A stretch of 64,000 nt of DNA from a virus (taxonomy: Duplodnaviria > Caudoviricetes): the IMG/VR virus record IMGVR_UViG_3300027769_000023, positions 22,920 to 86,919 of that record; one strand, given 5' to 3'. Below are positions 9,001 through 19,505 of this stretch, piece by piece; within the stretch, counting starts at the first letter, position 1, and each line of letters begins with the position of its first letter. The notes under the pieces were generated by a model. It was not told the DNA's origin, made no database searches, and was given only the letters and a program-made list of their open reading frames with translations. A program made the translations under genes and the position numbers.

Positions 9001-12000
9001 GGACTTGTTCTTGGTGCTAAGGGTCAGATTGATGATGCAACTGTAGCAGGTCAGCAAATCGGTGCAGCAATTAAAACTGGTGCAGTCTCAGGACCAATGC
9101 CAACGGGATCTCAGTCAGGAAATCGTGCAGCACTTTATGGAACTGGTCCAGTAGATGCTAATGCTAAGTCAGTTCGTAGACAACTAGAACTCGTTGAGAA
9201 ACGTAAGTTAGCAGAAGCAAAGAAGCAGTTAAAACTAGATGAAAGAATTTCTCAGTCTAAGCAAGCGTTGTATGGAACAACTGGTGAAATCACACAAGAC
9301 ATGAGAACTCAAAGAAGATTAAGACAGGCTACAGAAAGAGCATTAATCAAGGCACAGGCAGAAAGAGCAAAGGCAGAAGCAGCAGCAGCAGCCAATGTAA
9401 TTAAGCAATCATCGCTTACTGCAGCCCTTGAAAGACTTAAAAACAGAGCAATCATGGCTCGTACAGACTCAGAATTAATGGCAGCAAAAAGAGCAAAGAT
9501 GTCTTCTGTAGGTGGAAAAATTGGTGGAGCAGCAATGGGCCTATCCATGGTAGCCATGATGGGGTCTATGGCTGGCGGTAAAGTTGGAGAAATGTCTCAA
9601 AAGGCAATGATGCCACTAATGTTGTTATCTATGGCTGCAACAATGGCAGGAAGTTCTTTGGGTCTTCTTGCTCTTGGAATTGGTGTTGTTATTGGTGCTT
9701 ACGTAATGAATAGAATGGCAGTAGATAAAGCAGGAGATGCTGCTATAGCGTTTGCTGATAGAGTAAATGGATCAAACCAAGCATTGCAAGGTTTTGCAGA
9801 ATTTGCTGGACGTGTCACTGCTTCTGAAATTATGGATAGAAGACGTAAGGATGAAATTAAACAGTATCAAACTAAAACTGGTAAAACAACATTTGGAGAA
9901 AGTTTTGTAGCAGGAGAAAAGGGCAAGGCTCTAGTAAAAGACGTTGGCGCTAATATTGGTCAAAACGGTACTGCACTAGCCTCTACTCAGTTATTTAGAC
10001 AGTTAGCAATGGGTGTGACATCTGGAGCAATGACAACACAAGAGGCTAGATCTATTGCCATTAATATTGGTGATGAGTTAGGAAACCAAGCCTTTGGTAT
10101 TCAGGTTAATGCTAAGTTGACAGAGTTGCTTGGACCTAATGGAGAAAATTATTTGAAGGATCCTTTGGCAATTAGAACAAAGATGGTAGATGCAACTAAC
10201 AGAGACCTAAAGGCTAGCAGTAAGCGAGCAGGTCAGAGTTTTGGATATACAGGAAAGGATTTAAAGAATATTGGCGGATACACAGCAGCAGGTGCAGGCG
10301 CTGGCGCAGCAGCAGGAGCCATCGCTGGCCAGATGCTAATTCCAATCCCAGGAGTCGGTGCAGCAGTAGGTGCTGTTCTTGGAACTATTATTGGTGGAAC
10401 AGCAGGATACTTTAAGGGAAGAACTGAAAGAGGAAAGAGAATTGCAGCAAATACTGGCGCAGATGCTGCTATGCAAAAGATTGCCCTAGAAGAGCAACAG
10501 CAAATGCTTGACGGTCTTGAACTTGATTATCAAAAAAGAATTGACATTGCAAAGGCAGCAGGAGATGCAACAGAAGCATCAAGACTTGAGAACCTATATC
10601 TAGAGGATAAGCAAAAACTTCTAACTAAGCAAAAAGAAACTACTGACATGATCATGACAAACTTCAAGGGTGCAGATAGTGCTATCCAAGATGCATACAT
10701 GAATAGTGCAAACAAGTTAATGACTAAAAAATATAAGGGTACTGCTGTAGAGGATGTAGTCCCTATGGCACAGCAAGCAATTGATGACTCTGCTGGAACT
10801 AAAGAGCAGAAGTATTTGCTTAAGATGGAGGTTGCATCTGGAAATATTGATCCTGTCATGCTTATTAGTTTGATGAATCTTGCCTCAACAGACAAAGCAG
10901 CGTTTGACTCAACGATGAATATTATTACAAAGTTTGGTGGTAAGGCTGCATCAGAGGCACAACAAGTTGCAGATTTATTTATTGGAGCAGATGGAAAGCC
11001 TAATACAAAACTTCAAACAGACTTTATGCTTAAGGTTAGTAAAGCAACTACAGCAAAAGAAGCACAAAAGATTATTGATTTTAATCAGCAGATTACAAGA
11101 GCAGGTGGAGAACTTGATGTTGCATACCTTATTAGTTACTATGAGAAAAACCCAGATGCAGCAGGAAAGTTGCAAGAATACTACGATCTACTAAAGGCAA
11201 ATGGTGGAAACCTAGAAATTTCTGTTATGACTAAGTTTCTTCCACCAGAATACTTGGGAGCAATTGATCAGGCATACTATAACAAACTAACAGACAATGA
11301 AAAACAAGTCTATATGAATGAAATTGTTACAATCATGTCTATTACAGATGAGGCTTCATTTAAGGCAGACCCAGATGTTCAGAAATGGCTTAGTGAGCCA
11401 AAAGAAAAGGGCGGTGGAGAATTTTATCAGGGCGCATCATTCCCAGTTCAAAAGCAGATGTATGCTCAACATCTTGCTGGAATTAAAACAGAAGCCTTAG
11501 ATGGTACAGAAGGAGTAAACCTCGGCGGTGGTGGCGGTGCAAAGACAGGACCAACAGCATCACCACTAGATGAACTAATTAAAAAGATTAGAGATTTAAG
11601 AAAAGCACAGCAAGGCTTGACTGTCGGCTGGGGATCATCAATGAAGGCGATGAATGCCCTGTTTACTGACGCAAAGGGTAAAGTTAAAAACCTATCTCCA
11701 TCAAAAGACAAAAATGGTAAGTCAACAGGACCATTTAATGGTCTTGAGAATAACCTAAGAAAGAAGGGCATGGGGCAAGGAGCCATTGACTTCTTAACAG
11801 GATTAAGCGTAGAAGACTACAAGAAGGTTGGACCTAAGTTTATTGAGATAGATAAAAAAACAGGTGCTATCAGAGTAAAAAATGCAGCACAACTTAATGC
11901 TTTATTGAATAATATTGCTATTGGTAATTTCCAAAATGAAAATGAAAAGTTTATTGATAATATAAAAAATCAAGGCTCTGCAATAAATAAACTTATGGGT

Positions 12001-14121
12001 GCAGGGATGTCTCTAGAAGATGCTTATGCTGCTGTAGAAGATTCTCAATTTGCTGCTGCAATCGCAACTGGTAACTTTACCACAGCAGAAATAAAGCAAA
12101 TGGTTGCAACAAAAAATAATGCAACAGCATTAAAAGAACAATCAGAACAACTTAAGTCTGTAAGATCATATTTTGACTCATTAACAAAGGCTGTTACAGA
12201 TCAAAAGATATTCTCTGGTCTTGCAAAGGATTTGTCAAAAATGGGGATGGACTCCTCTATGATTGCTACAATCCTAGCAGACCCAACTCTAGCAAAGGGT
12301 ATGGCAGATAAGTTAAAGTCTGGAAAATTAGATGCAGAAGGAATTCTTGCAGCAATCAAAAAGATCAAGGATGCACAAACAGAAAAAGCAATTACTAATA
12401 TTAACTCTGGAGATTTTGCAGCAGCGTTCCAGCCTGGATATGATGCAGCACAGAAACTCTTTGATATTCAAGAAAGAATGCTTGATAAGCAGTATCGTGC
12501 AATCTTTGCAGCAGATGAAGCAAAAATTGTTAGCGCAGAAGCATTAGTAACAGCAAAACAAAAAGAAATAGATGTACAGCAGAAGAATGTTGATCTTGCT
12601 GAGCAAGGTGTTGAGGCTGCCAATAAGTTAATTGAAGCACAAAACACAAGAAACGAAAAGTTATCTCATGACTTAAAGTTGATGGATAAGGCTGCACAGT
12701 CAATTAATGATAAGTATGATAAGCAAAAGGCTGCACTTGATAAGATTTCTTCTATTAACTCTGTTATTGCTAATCAACAAAAGAAGCAGATGTCTCTTGC
12801 AGATGCTCTTACACAGGGTGATATTTCAGCAGCAGCGCAAGCAGCGCAAGAACTTAGGGACCAGCAGGCAGCAGATGCACTTGCAGAACAGTCAAAGGGC
12901 ATAGACTCATTAAGAGAATTAGAACTTTCACGACTTGTAAATGATGAAGGAAAAACTCGTTTACAGATTGAAGAAGAGCAGTATGTTATTTCTGAAAAGA
13001 TCTATGCTATTCAGCAGAATGAACTTAAAACTGCACAGGCTGCAGTTGATGCTGCAAATGCTGTACTAAAATCTCGTCAAGATGAACTTATTCCACTACA
13101 ACAAGCAGTAACTGCTGCACAAGAAAAACTAAAAGCAGACCAAGATGCTCTAGAAGCAGCAAAGAAAAACTTAACAGTTCTTGGACAAACAAAGCAAGAG
13201 TGGGAAGATATGAAGTTGCGTGTAGATGCTGCACAACTTGCCAACGATAAATTAATGGCTGGCCAACTAGCAGCAGCACTTGCTACAGCAGCCGTAGTTG
13301 ACAAGACTTGGACCGAGATTACAAATAAACTTGCTGAGTATTATAAAAAAGATGGAACTTCTATTACTATTAAAGAGATTCACGAAATCTATGAAGTTAT
13401 TATGGGGTCAACTGGATCTTCAGGTTCTAGTGGTTCTACTGGTTCAACAACAGCAAACCCTGGAAACATTGATGCAGTAAATACAACAGTAAATGATGAA
13501 TCTGCAAAACTTATACAAGCAGTAAAAGACGGAACACAAACTGATGTAACTGCAGGTAAAATTGCAAATGATATGGCAACATCATTGCTTAGCGATAAGG
13601 CTGCCACAGCAGCCCTTGGCGGAGTTCCAGGAGTTCTTTCAACTGCAAGGTATACAGGTCAGGCTATTGCTTACGCAGCGCAAGAGGCAGCAAAAGCAAA
13701 GGCTCTGGCAGATGCAGAAGCAGCAGCAGCACGAGCAGCAGCAACCAAGGCCCTAATGTCAGGTGGCGCAGATGCAGAGTATGATAGAAGGACTGGATAC
13801 TCTAGATACGCTATGGGTGGAATGGTTGGAAGTTATTTAGCAGGTGGAGGGTTTGGAATGAAGGCAGTTGGAACAGACATTATTCCAGCAATGCTAACTC
13901 CAGGGGAGTTCGTCGTTACCAAATATGGAGTTCAAAATTATGGAGTTGAAAACCTTCGTGCAATCAATTCTGGAAGTAAGAATTTAGATAGCAACTCAGT
14001 GTATAATTATAGTCTAACAGTAAATGCAAAGTCAGACGCTAGCCCAGATGATATTGCAAGAACGGTTATTTCACAAATTAAACAAATTGACGCACAAAGA
14101 ATTCGGGGGAATAAACTATAA
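6061..14121 (+). CDS. Tape measure protein (2686 aa)
   Basis: Very long Ala/Gly/Lys-rich helical ORF with TP901-type core (aa ~200-500), hydrophobic Gly-rich segments, coiled coils and C-terminal PAMLTPGEFV motif. Confidence 0.93.
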   Translation: MADIQSNIVVNIDTSAALAELKALQRQISAFHSSMAKGGAASTAVSANMQQNLANTINSSGKFHAEMVRVRSTTESFNTALAKNQLSMKEYFRYAGGASKTFGRLFKQEHETINKVVRENVKTLQTQYIKMGRDASGSLKAMSVRPLALDMKNLQTQTALAAQKQALLNQLLRQGSTNLLNFGKNTQWAGRQLMVGFTVPLMYFGAAASKTFMQIEEQAIKFKRVYGDLFTTSSESAKALKDVQLLANEFTKYGIAVADTMKMAADVAATGKVGADLMSQVASATKLAVLGNIDQEKSLETIISLTSTFGIAANDLAQNIDFLNAVENQTILNIDDLTTAIPKAAPVIKQLGGNVQDLAFFMTAMREGGINASEGANALKSGLASMINPSAKASAFLKDLGINLKGIVESNQGDIKTTVIQFAQALDTLDPLNRSRAIEQLFGKFQFARISTLFQNVLKEGTQAQTVLGLTKATTEELAILSERELSKISDSPMFKFKKQIEDLKVAIAPIGGEFLKALTPVVKFFGGIFEKFNGLSDGAKKFIVILTTVVAGIGPLLLMSFGLLANGVANIIKMFVGIKSIFNGVGKSSLGLGEQTNYLTQQQMENAASAASLDQAHQRLQQRFTSEKTAVVQLTAAYLQAVQAQRAFGMPAMRPGMPGKPPMRLAEGIVTVPGPKGAGDVVPAMLSPGESVIPAKQSDKYAPLISGIIADNIPGYIKGLQGAGGKTEFAHIGSMTPVPAATLAAQLNQMEGAVTARALRVINAVAAQFGNALMVNVYGKLGMTTGQTSTGKSINGLLGKPGGVAKSEFVADFDKQGMQRWKASLKAAGLKMDDVSAELTQLDRGIREYMTSVHKGAVVTDQTVKQAYEYSTKKMAADSRVVTAFNQLANTAGEARVNISQAVAAKFGLSKVPTAGSKPVVRVGEERIRTGGDRLPFYRSAGFDIVKAATRAIAEGAKSALKVASPSKEMRTVGEQSGAGLVLGAKGQIDDATVAGQQIGAAIKTGAVSGPMPTGSQSGNRAALYGTGPVDANAKSVRRQLELVEKRKLAEAKKQLKLDERISQSKQALYGTTGEITQDMRTQRRLRQATERALIKAQAERAKAEAAAAANVIKQSSLTAALERLKNRAIMARTDSELMAAKRAKMSSVGGKIGGAAMGLSMVAMMGSMAGGKVGEMSQKAMMPLMLLSMAATMAGSSLGLLALGIGVVIGAYVMNRMAVDKAGDAAIAFADRVNGSNQALQGFAEFAGRVTASEIMDRRRKDEIKQYQTKTGKTTFGESFVAGEKGKALVKDVGANIGQNGTALASTQLFRQLAMGVTSGAMTTQEARSIAINIGDELGNQAFGIQVNAKLTELLGPNGENYLKDPLAIRTKMVDATNRDLKASSKRAGQSFGYTGKDLKNIGGYTAAGAGAGAAAGAIAGQMLIPIPGVGAAVGAVLGTIIGGTAGYFKGRTERGKRIAANTGADAAMQKIALEEQQQMLDGLELDYQKRIDIAKAAGDATEASRLENLYLEDKQKLLTKQKETTDMIMTNFKGADSAIQDAYMNSANKLMTKKYKGTAVEDVVPMAQQAIDDSAGTKEQKYLLKMEVASGNIDPVMLISLMNLASTDKAAFDSTMNIITKFGGKAASEAQQVADLFIGADGKPNTKLQTDFMLKVSKATTAKEAQKIIDFNQQITRAGGELDVAYLISYYEKNPDAAGKLQEYYDLLKANGGNLEISVMTKFLPPEYLGAIDQAYYNKLTDNEKQVYMNEIVTIMSITDEASFKADPDVQKWLSEPKEKGGGEFYQGASFPVQKQMYAQHLAGIKTEALDGTEGVNLGGGGGAKTGPTASPLDELIKKIRDLRKAQQGLTVGWGSSMKAMNALFTDAKGKVKNLSPSKDKNGKSTGPFNGLENNLRKKGMGQGAIDFLTGLSVEDYKKVGPKFIEIDKKTGAIRVKNAAQLNALLNNIAIGNFQNENEKFIDNIKNQGSAINKLMGAGMSLEDAYAAVEDSQFAAAIATGNFTTAEIKQMVATKNNATALKEQSEQLKSVRSYFDSLTKAVTDQKIFSGLAKDLSKMGMDSSMIATILADPTLAKGMADKLKSGKLDAEGILAAIKKIKDAQTEKAITNINSGDFAAAFQPGYDAAQKLFDIQERMLDKQYRAIFAADEAKIVSAEALVTAKQKEIDVQQKNVDLAEQGVEAANKLIEAQNTRNEKLSHDLKLMDKAAQSINDKYDKQKAALDKISSINSVIANQQKKQMSLADALTQGDISAAAQAAQELRDQQAADALAEQSKGIDSLRELELSRLVNDEGKTRLQIEEEQYVISEKIYAIQQNELKTAQAAVDAANAVLKSRQDELIPLQQAVTAAQEKLKADQDALEAAKKNLTVLGQTKQEWEDMKLRVDAAQLANDKLMAGQLAAALATAAVVDKTWTEITNKLAEYYKKDGTSITIKEIHEIYEVIMGSTGSSGSSGSTGSTTANPGNIDAVNTTVNDESAKLIQAVKDGTQTDVTAGKIANDMATSLLSDKAATAALGGVPGVLSTARYTGQAIAYAAQEAAKAKALADAEAAAARAAATKALMSGGADAEYDRRTGYSRYAMGGMVGSYLAGGGFGMKAVGTDIIPAMLTPGEFVVTKYGVQNYGVENLRAINSGSKNLDSNSVYNYSLTVNAKSDASPDDIARTVISQIKQIDAQRIRGNKL

Positions 14122-14762
14122 TGGCTACAGTACAGTATCTACAGGGACGTAAAAAATATGTAAGACCACAGGCCATCATGCTATCCAATAACCCTGGAAG
14201 ACTTACTATGGATGAGAATGGTGTTCCATACTTCTACCCAGTAGGTTATGAGGTTGGTCAGGATATATCTGATACCAGCGAGGTAAGACAAAACGACTTT
14301 TTAATATTATCAGACCATAATAGACAGCCTATTGATGTGTCCATTGAAAGACTAGAAAAGCGTGAAAGAACTATTAATGGAAGAATGAGATCCTATCACA
14401 TTGCAGATAAAAGAAAGTTTTCATTGTCATGGGACAACATCCCATCAAGAGCATTTTCTGAAAATCCACTATTTGATGCAAATGGAAAAGCAGCAGACGG
14501 GGTTATCTATCACACTGTTGATGGAGGAGCAGGCGGAGCAGAAATGCTTGAATGGTACAAGAACTCTGTCGGATCAATGTGGGCTTATCTTGCTTATGAT
14601 AATCGTCCTCTTTTTGGAACTACAGATGCAGCATATAATAGTTTACAAAGATACCAAGAAGTTGTTGAGGTTTTTATAGCAGACTTTTCTTTTAATATTT
14701 CAAAAAGATCTCAGGGAAACTATGATCTATGGAATGTCTCTATGTCATTGGAAGAAGCCTAA
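14121..14762 (+). CDS. Distal tail (Dit)-like protein
   Basis: First gene after tape measure; RTINGRMRSYHIADKRKFSLSW motif. Confidence 0.6.
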   Translation: MATVQYLQGRKKYVRPQAIMLSNNPGRLTMDENGVPYFYPVGYEVGQDISDTSEVRQNDFLILSDHNRQPIDVSIERLEKRERTINGRMRSYHIADKRKFSLSWDNIPSRAFSENPLFDANGKAADGVIYHTVDGGAGGAEMLEWYKNSVGSMWAYLAYDNRPLFGTTDAAYNSLQRYQEVVEVFIADFSFNISKRSQGNYDLWNVSMSLEEA

Positions 14763-17700
14763 TGTTTCAGAGCAGTGAATTAAAAGATCTTGTTGAAAAG
14801 TTTTCAACCCTAAAGTCACGAGGTATTGTGACAATGGAATGGAACCTTAATGTATCTAGCAATATTGCTGCAATTGGAAACTATAGATATAGACCGTTAG
14901 AGGCATCCTCCATATATAGAAGTTTGACACAAACCTATGACATTAATGATACTGGTAAATTTTATACAGACGCTACAGATGCTGATATTATTGTAGATGG
15001 TGGATACAAAGATAATAATACTCCAGAAGTCTTTAAATCTAAAAAAGAAAAAATTGCACAGTTATACTCTCTAGAGGATTGCTTTAATGCCTTTAGGCCT
15101 AGATCTGGAATTAATAAGTTGTCTTATTTTGCAAATAAGTTTACTCATAATACAAACCAGTTCCTTGCACAACGACCAAGATACTACATGTCTGATAGCA
15201 AAGACAAGTTTAAGTATTGGTCATCTTTTAGAACAGAAGAAAATATTGAGCGAGGAATTGCAAAAAATATTTCAAATGGACAATTTTATATTGATGATGC
15301 ATGCCCATATGTTGTTTACAAAGAACAGGTTCCAGCCAATAGGCTTGTTGTTAAAATGCAAACAAATGTTGGAACCAAAGATCTTGGCCCATTCTCTACT
15401 GGATCTGGATTGCTTAGTGACCCACTATTTGGTGATTCAAATAAAACAACTCCAGTGAAATGGAAAATTCAGGTACTTAAAGATAATAACTGGATAGATG
15501 TACAGTCATTTAATTCACTTTCAAGAAGATCAGATGGTTCAGCAATCATACAAGAAGATGGCTATTTAGAACTATCATATGGACTTATTATTCCAGATAA
15601 GTATGAAAGCATATTCATTAATGCAGGAGATTTAATATCAACAGAGCAACTGCCAGAAAGTCCAATTCCTGGATTCTCTTATTTAGTAAAGTCTACAGAA
15701 GAAGACCTTGGAAAGTTTTATATATGGCTAAATGGTCAGTATGAAACCTTTACCCCAAACTATGGATGGCATATTGCTAGTTCTGTTGTTGGACAAAACA
15801 CAAACTTTGTTACTGATTTTACTAGCCCAAAAACATTCTTAAACCCACAGACACAATCTATTGCATATAAAGAGTTTGATTATATTACTGGAATTAGAGT
15901 TGCAGTAGAAACAATGAATAAGTTTGACTCATGCTTTGATCTTATTGAAATTTCTCCAAGGTTGATTTCTGATGTTTCTGATAAAACTACTGAGTTTGAA
16001 GTTAACAAGATTGCATCAGATCTGGGCGGATCTGGATTACCAGTAGGACAACTTTTAGCATCCACAGGAACTATTACAATTACAGACTACGATTTATCAT
16101 TTAATGAAAATAATACAAACAGCATAGTAAAGAACTATTTAAATAAAAACGTTAAGTTTTCATTCTATGATGCAATTGACAATTATTCTGGTTATGAATT
16201 TTATGTACCAATCAAAACCCTGTATTCAGAATCAGTTCCAAAAACAAACTTAGAGTCAAGAACAATATCTATGGAACTTAGAGATATGTATTTTCATTTT
16301 GAGTCCTTATCTGCACCAGACTTACTACTAACGGATGCGTCACTTTCTTTCGTAATTTCTACACTGCTAGACTCGATAGGATTTAGCAACTACTCTTTTA
16401 AGTTTTTAACTGGTCAAAAGGATATAGTTATCCCATATTTCTTTTGTAGTTCAACACAGACAATTGCCGAAGTTTTGAATGCCCTTGCGGTATCTTTTCA
16501 GAGTTCTATGTTCTTTGATGAGTACAATAATTTTATTGTAATGAGTAAAGAGTACACCCTTCCATTAGGAACATCAAGAGGTATAGACTCAACCCTTTAT
16601 GGCTCACCTGCAGACGATCCAGATATCTTTGAAAACATTATTGGCGTTTCTTCTATAGACAACAATGTCTACAATGATGGAAAGATTGATTATACTACTA
16701 GATATATTCAGAGGTCTTATGGTTCTATTAAGCAATCAACAATGCTAGACCAAGATAAAAACTGGGTATATAAGCCTTACCTACTTTGGGAAGTTACAGG
16801 AACAGAAAATACAAAGTCCGTAAATGACAATGTTGCAAACATGTCCAAGCACATGCTTTCTGCAATGCCACTAAGTTCTGATCTTTCAAACCTTGTTCCT
16901 AAAGTTGTAAATAATATTTTAACTAATAACATTATAGATCTTGGCGAAAATGCTTATTGGCTTACACGATACAATGGATATCTTTATGCAAATGGAGAAA
17001 TTATTAAGTATGATGCTGCTCAGTTTAATGTTTCAAAGATAGGAAATGTTTGGATATCTAGCGTTGAAGAATATCAAAACTACTTTTCTTCTTTGCCTTT
17101 TAATGGTAAGATTTACCCAACAGGACTATTGCGAATATACTCTGAGCCAGATTACGAGATTGTTAACGGTGTGACCAGGCTAAAGTCTGGAGAAGTTAAA
17201 AAGCATGGCCGTGGCCAATTTGGGACAACTGTAACTAGTCATTCTGCTGGCCTGAATTCTTATTGGACAAATAATGATAATGTTCGTGGATGCAATATGT
17301 ATTCAGAATTTTTGTTTACTTCAAATGAAAATACTAAGACTACGGTTAATGAGGCAGCAGGTGTAAACAATGAACTTGCAAAACAGATGACAAGGACGGG
17401 AGTTATCAGAAACTTTTTAACAAACTCTTATATTTCTGAGTATGATGATTCTAAAAAGATATCGACTACTTCTGGATCCGTTCAGTCATCAGCGCTTGTA
17501 ATGACTGGTCCAAACTTTACTACCACACAAACACCAATTGAGAATATTAGTTATGTATATAAACCACTTACAAATAAGTTTAAGCATTTTGGAACAAGGC
17601 TTAGAATTATTGGAAAAATTGAAAATAATGAAGTTCGTGGGCAAACTCCATCTGGTAGCATGACATACTACGTAATACCTGGAACAGACCCATCTCAAAA

Positions 17701-19021
17701 TATTAGTATTGGAGGAGGATCTGGAGGACTTGGTGTAATGGTAAATCCAAGTACAAATGCTGGTTACTATTTTGAAATAGCAGCACTTACAGATACCAAC
17801 ATATCAAAATATACAGATGGAGACGATACTCACAACCTATTCTTTTACAAAATACAAAAAGATTCGGCTTCCGATAAAGCGGTACCTATAAAACTTTGGG
17901 GAGGGCTAAGTAGTGTTATTGTTGATGATGGCACACTAGTAGGCCAGTATAGAGTTAATGGGGAAGAAAATCCAACAGTATATGATATTGCTGTTGAGTA
18001 TATGGACATAGGCTCAGTAAGAAACTTTTATTTGTACATTAATAATAAGATAGTTGCAACAGTAACAGATACAAATCCGTTACCAGTTTATAACAATATG
18101 TGCTTATTTACTCGTGGTTCTTCTAAGTTGATGTTTGAAAATATTTTTGCTGTTACTGATAACTATTCACAGAATACAACTTTTGCGGTTGATATCCCAT
18201 TTAATCAAGTTTTTGATAATCAAGAAATTAATGCAAATGAGGCATTTAGAAAATACGCAATGAGTGGAGTTATTCAGTCAACGTACCTTGCAGGTATAAG
18301 TCCAAGCCAACCACCATCTTACTCTATGTATTTTGATGAGTTTGGAACAATCATGAGAGAGTGCGAGTACTTTAATATAAAATACGATAAAGCCTATCCT
18401 GCTCTTTATGCAAAAATATCTCCAACATTTAATAAGATCAAGGGCTATGCAATCTCAGGATTTCAGGCAAACCCATATGGTGCGGAGTTTTTAATCTTCA
18501 ATGCAACAGATTCAGCACTCAGTCTTGATGAAACTACTGGAAACTATCTTAGAATCCAGGGAGTAACTTTCACGCAAGATTCCCAACACTCCTTAACTGT
18601 TGACGACTACTTTGCAGAAAAGTCAAGTTTTTCAAATCCTAAATTTTTAAATAACAACCTTGTTAGTTCTCCATATACAGAATTAGAAAAATATAATAAA
18701 ATAAATTTAAGCAGATCAACTTATGGTAAAAAAGAATTTTCATTAGAGTTACCGTATGTACAAACACAGGATGCTGCAAAGAATATGATGGGCTGGATTA
18801 TCAATAAGATAATGAAACCAACAAAGTCTGTTGGGCTTGACATATTCTCTAATCCAATGATTCAATTAGGAGATATTCTAAATATTAATTATAAAGATGA
18901 TTCGGGTATGGATATTATTTCAAGCACAGATACAAAGTATGTAGTTTATAATATCAATTACGCCAGAAGCAGCCAAGGTCCGTCTATGACACTCTATCTA
19001 AGCGAGGTTCCAAATGACTAG
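14762..19021 (+). CDS. Large minor tail/hub protein
   Basis: 1419 aa from ATG 14762 (TAATG overlap); beta-rich; follows Dit. Confidence 0.7.
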   Translation: MFQSSELKDLVEKFSTLKSRGIVTMEWNLNVSSNIAAIGNYRYRPLEASSIYRSLTQTYDINDTGKFYTDATDADIIVDGGYKDNNTPEVFKSKKEKIAQLYSLEDCFNAFRPRSGINKLSYFANKFTHNTNQFLAQRPRYYMSDSKDKFKYWSSFRTEENIERGIAKNISNGQFYIDDACPYVVYKEQVPANRLVVKMQTNVGTKDLGPFSTGSGLLSDPLFGDSNKTTPVKWKIQVLKDNNWIDVQSFNSLSRRSDGSAIIQEDGYLELSYGLIIPDKYESIFINAGDLISTEQLPESPIPGFSYLVKSTEEDLGKFYIWLNGQYETFTPNYGWHIASSVVGQNTNFVTDFTSPKTFLNPQTQSIAYKEFDYITGIRVAVETMNKFDSCFDLIEISPRLISDVSDKTTEFEVNKIASDLGGSGLPVGQLLASTGTITITDYDLSFNENNTNSIVKNYLNKNVKFSFYDAIDNYSGYEFYVPIKTLYSESVPKTNLESRTISMELRDMYFHFESLSAPDLLLTDASLSFVISTLLDSIGFSNYSFKFLTGQKDIVIPYFFCSSTQTIAEVLNALAVSFQSSMFFDEYNNFIVMSKEYTLPLGTSRGIDSTLYGSPADDPDIFENIIGVSSIDNNVYNDGKIDYTTRYIQRSYGSIKQSTMLDQDKNWVYKPYLLWEVTGTENTKSVNDNVANMSKHMLSAMPLSSDLSNLVPKVVNNILTNNIIDLGENAYWLTRYNGYLYANGEIIKYDAAQFNVSKIGNVWISSVEEYQNYFSSLPFNGKIYPTGLLRIYSEPDYEIVNGVTRLKSGEVKKHGRGQFGTTVTSHSAGLNSYWTNNDNVRGCNMYSEFLFTSNENTKTTVNEAAGVNNELAKQMTRTGVIRNFLTNSYISEYDDSKKISTTSGSVQSSALVMTGPNFTTTQTPIENISYVYKPLTNKFKHFGTRLRIIGKIENNEVRGQTPSGSMTYYVIPGTDPSQNISIGGGSGGLGVMVNPSTNAGYYFEIAALTDTNISKYTDGDDTHNLFFYKIQKDSASDKAVPIKLWGGLSSVIVDDGTLVGQYRVNGEENPTVYDIAVEYMDIGSVRNFYLYINNKIVATVTDTNPLPVYNNMCLFTRGSSKLMFENIFAVTDNYSQNTTFAVDIPFNQVFDNQEINANEAFRKYAMSGVIQSTYLAGISPSQPPSYSMYFDEFGTIMRECEYFNIKYDKAYPALYAKISPTFNKIKGYAISGFQANPYGAEFLIFNATDSALSLDETTGNYLRIQGVTFTQDSQHSLTVDDYFAEKSSFSNPKFLNNNLVSSPYTELEKYNKINLSRSTYGKKEFSLELPYVQTQDAAKNMMGWIINKIMKPTKSVGLDIFSNPMIQLGDILNINYKDDSGMDIISSTDTKYVVYNINYARSSQGPSMTLYLSEVPND

Positions 19022-19490
19022 CCCAACACCAAATACTCCAGGGACGCAGGCAGCCACAACTGCTAGTTCTAAGTCATCAACACCACAATATAGAATTGAT
19101 CTAAAGGACGAAGAACTAAGCGAATACATGATGACACGACTTGTCTTTGAAGACATTGGTGGAGAAGAAGTTCTAAGCATTTCAAGAAACGATACTGTCT
19201 TTGGTGAAAACTTGATATACCAGCCAATCAAAAATATGATATCTCTTGCACAGAGATATAATTCCCAAAATCTTTTATCTTTGTATGGAACTGCTCAGTC
19301 CTACTTTGATAATTTTCTTATAAAGTTCTCTGACAAGATACCAAATGTTGGCAATGGCATAAATGGTTCTAATGTATATATTGAAAATAGCACAGGAGAT
19401 CTAATAATTGAGGTTGTAAATATGCAGGATGACGAAGAAGTAGAGGTCAGCATTATGGTTTCTGGAGATATTCTACGTGATACAATATAA
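19014..19490 (+). CDS. Minor tail protein (hypothetical)
   Basis: Coupled within the tail module. Confidence 0.45.
   Translation: MTSPTPNTPGTQAATTASSKSSTPQYRIDLKDEELSEYMMTRLVFEDIGGEEVLSISRNDTVFGENLIYQPIKNMISLAQRYNSQNLLSLYGTAQSYFDNFLIKFSDKIPNVGNGINGSNVYIENSTGDLIIEVVNMQDDEEVEVSIMVSGDILRDTI
19478..19486 (+). promoter_or_regulatory. Extended -10 promoter (TGaTACAAT) inside the 3' end of the upstream gene
   Basis: Precedes AGGAG RBS and ATG 19506. Confidence 0.5.
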
Positions 19491-19505
19491 CATAGGAGAA
19501 ATAAG

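Noticed and set aside
14729-14761. Track-extended N-termini (247, 4956, 14729, 24347-type alternatives, 32555, 44178, 55552, 58919, 60406, 61045, 62129)
   Set aside because: Most starts were reassigned using SD position, stop/start coupling and paralog alignment; 247 is internal because the frame is open to base 1; 24347 was kept.
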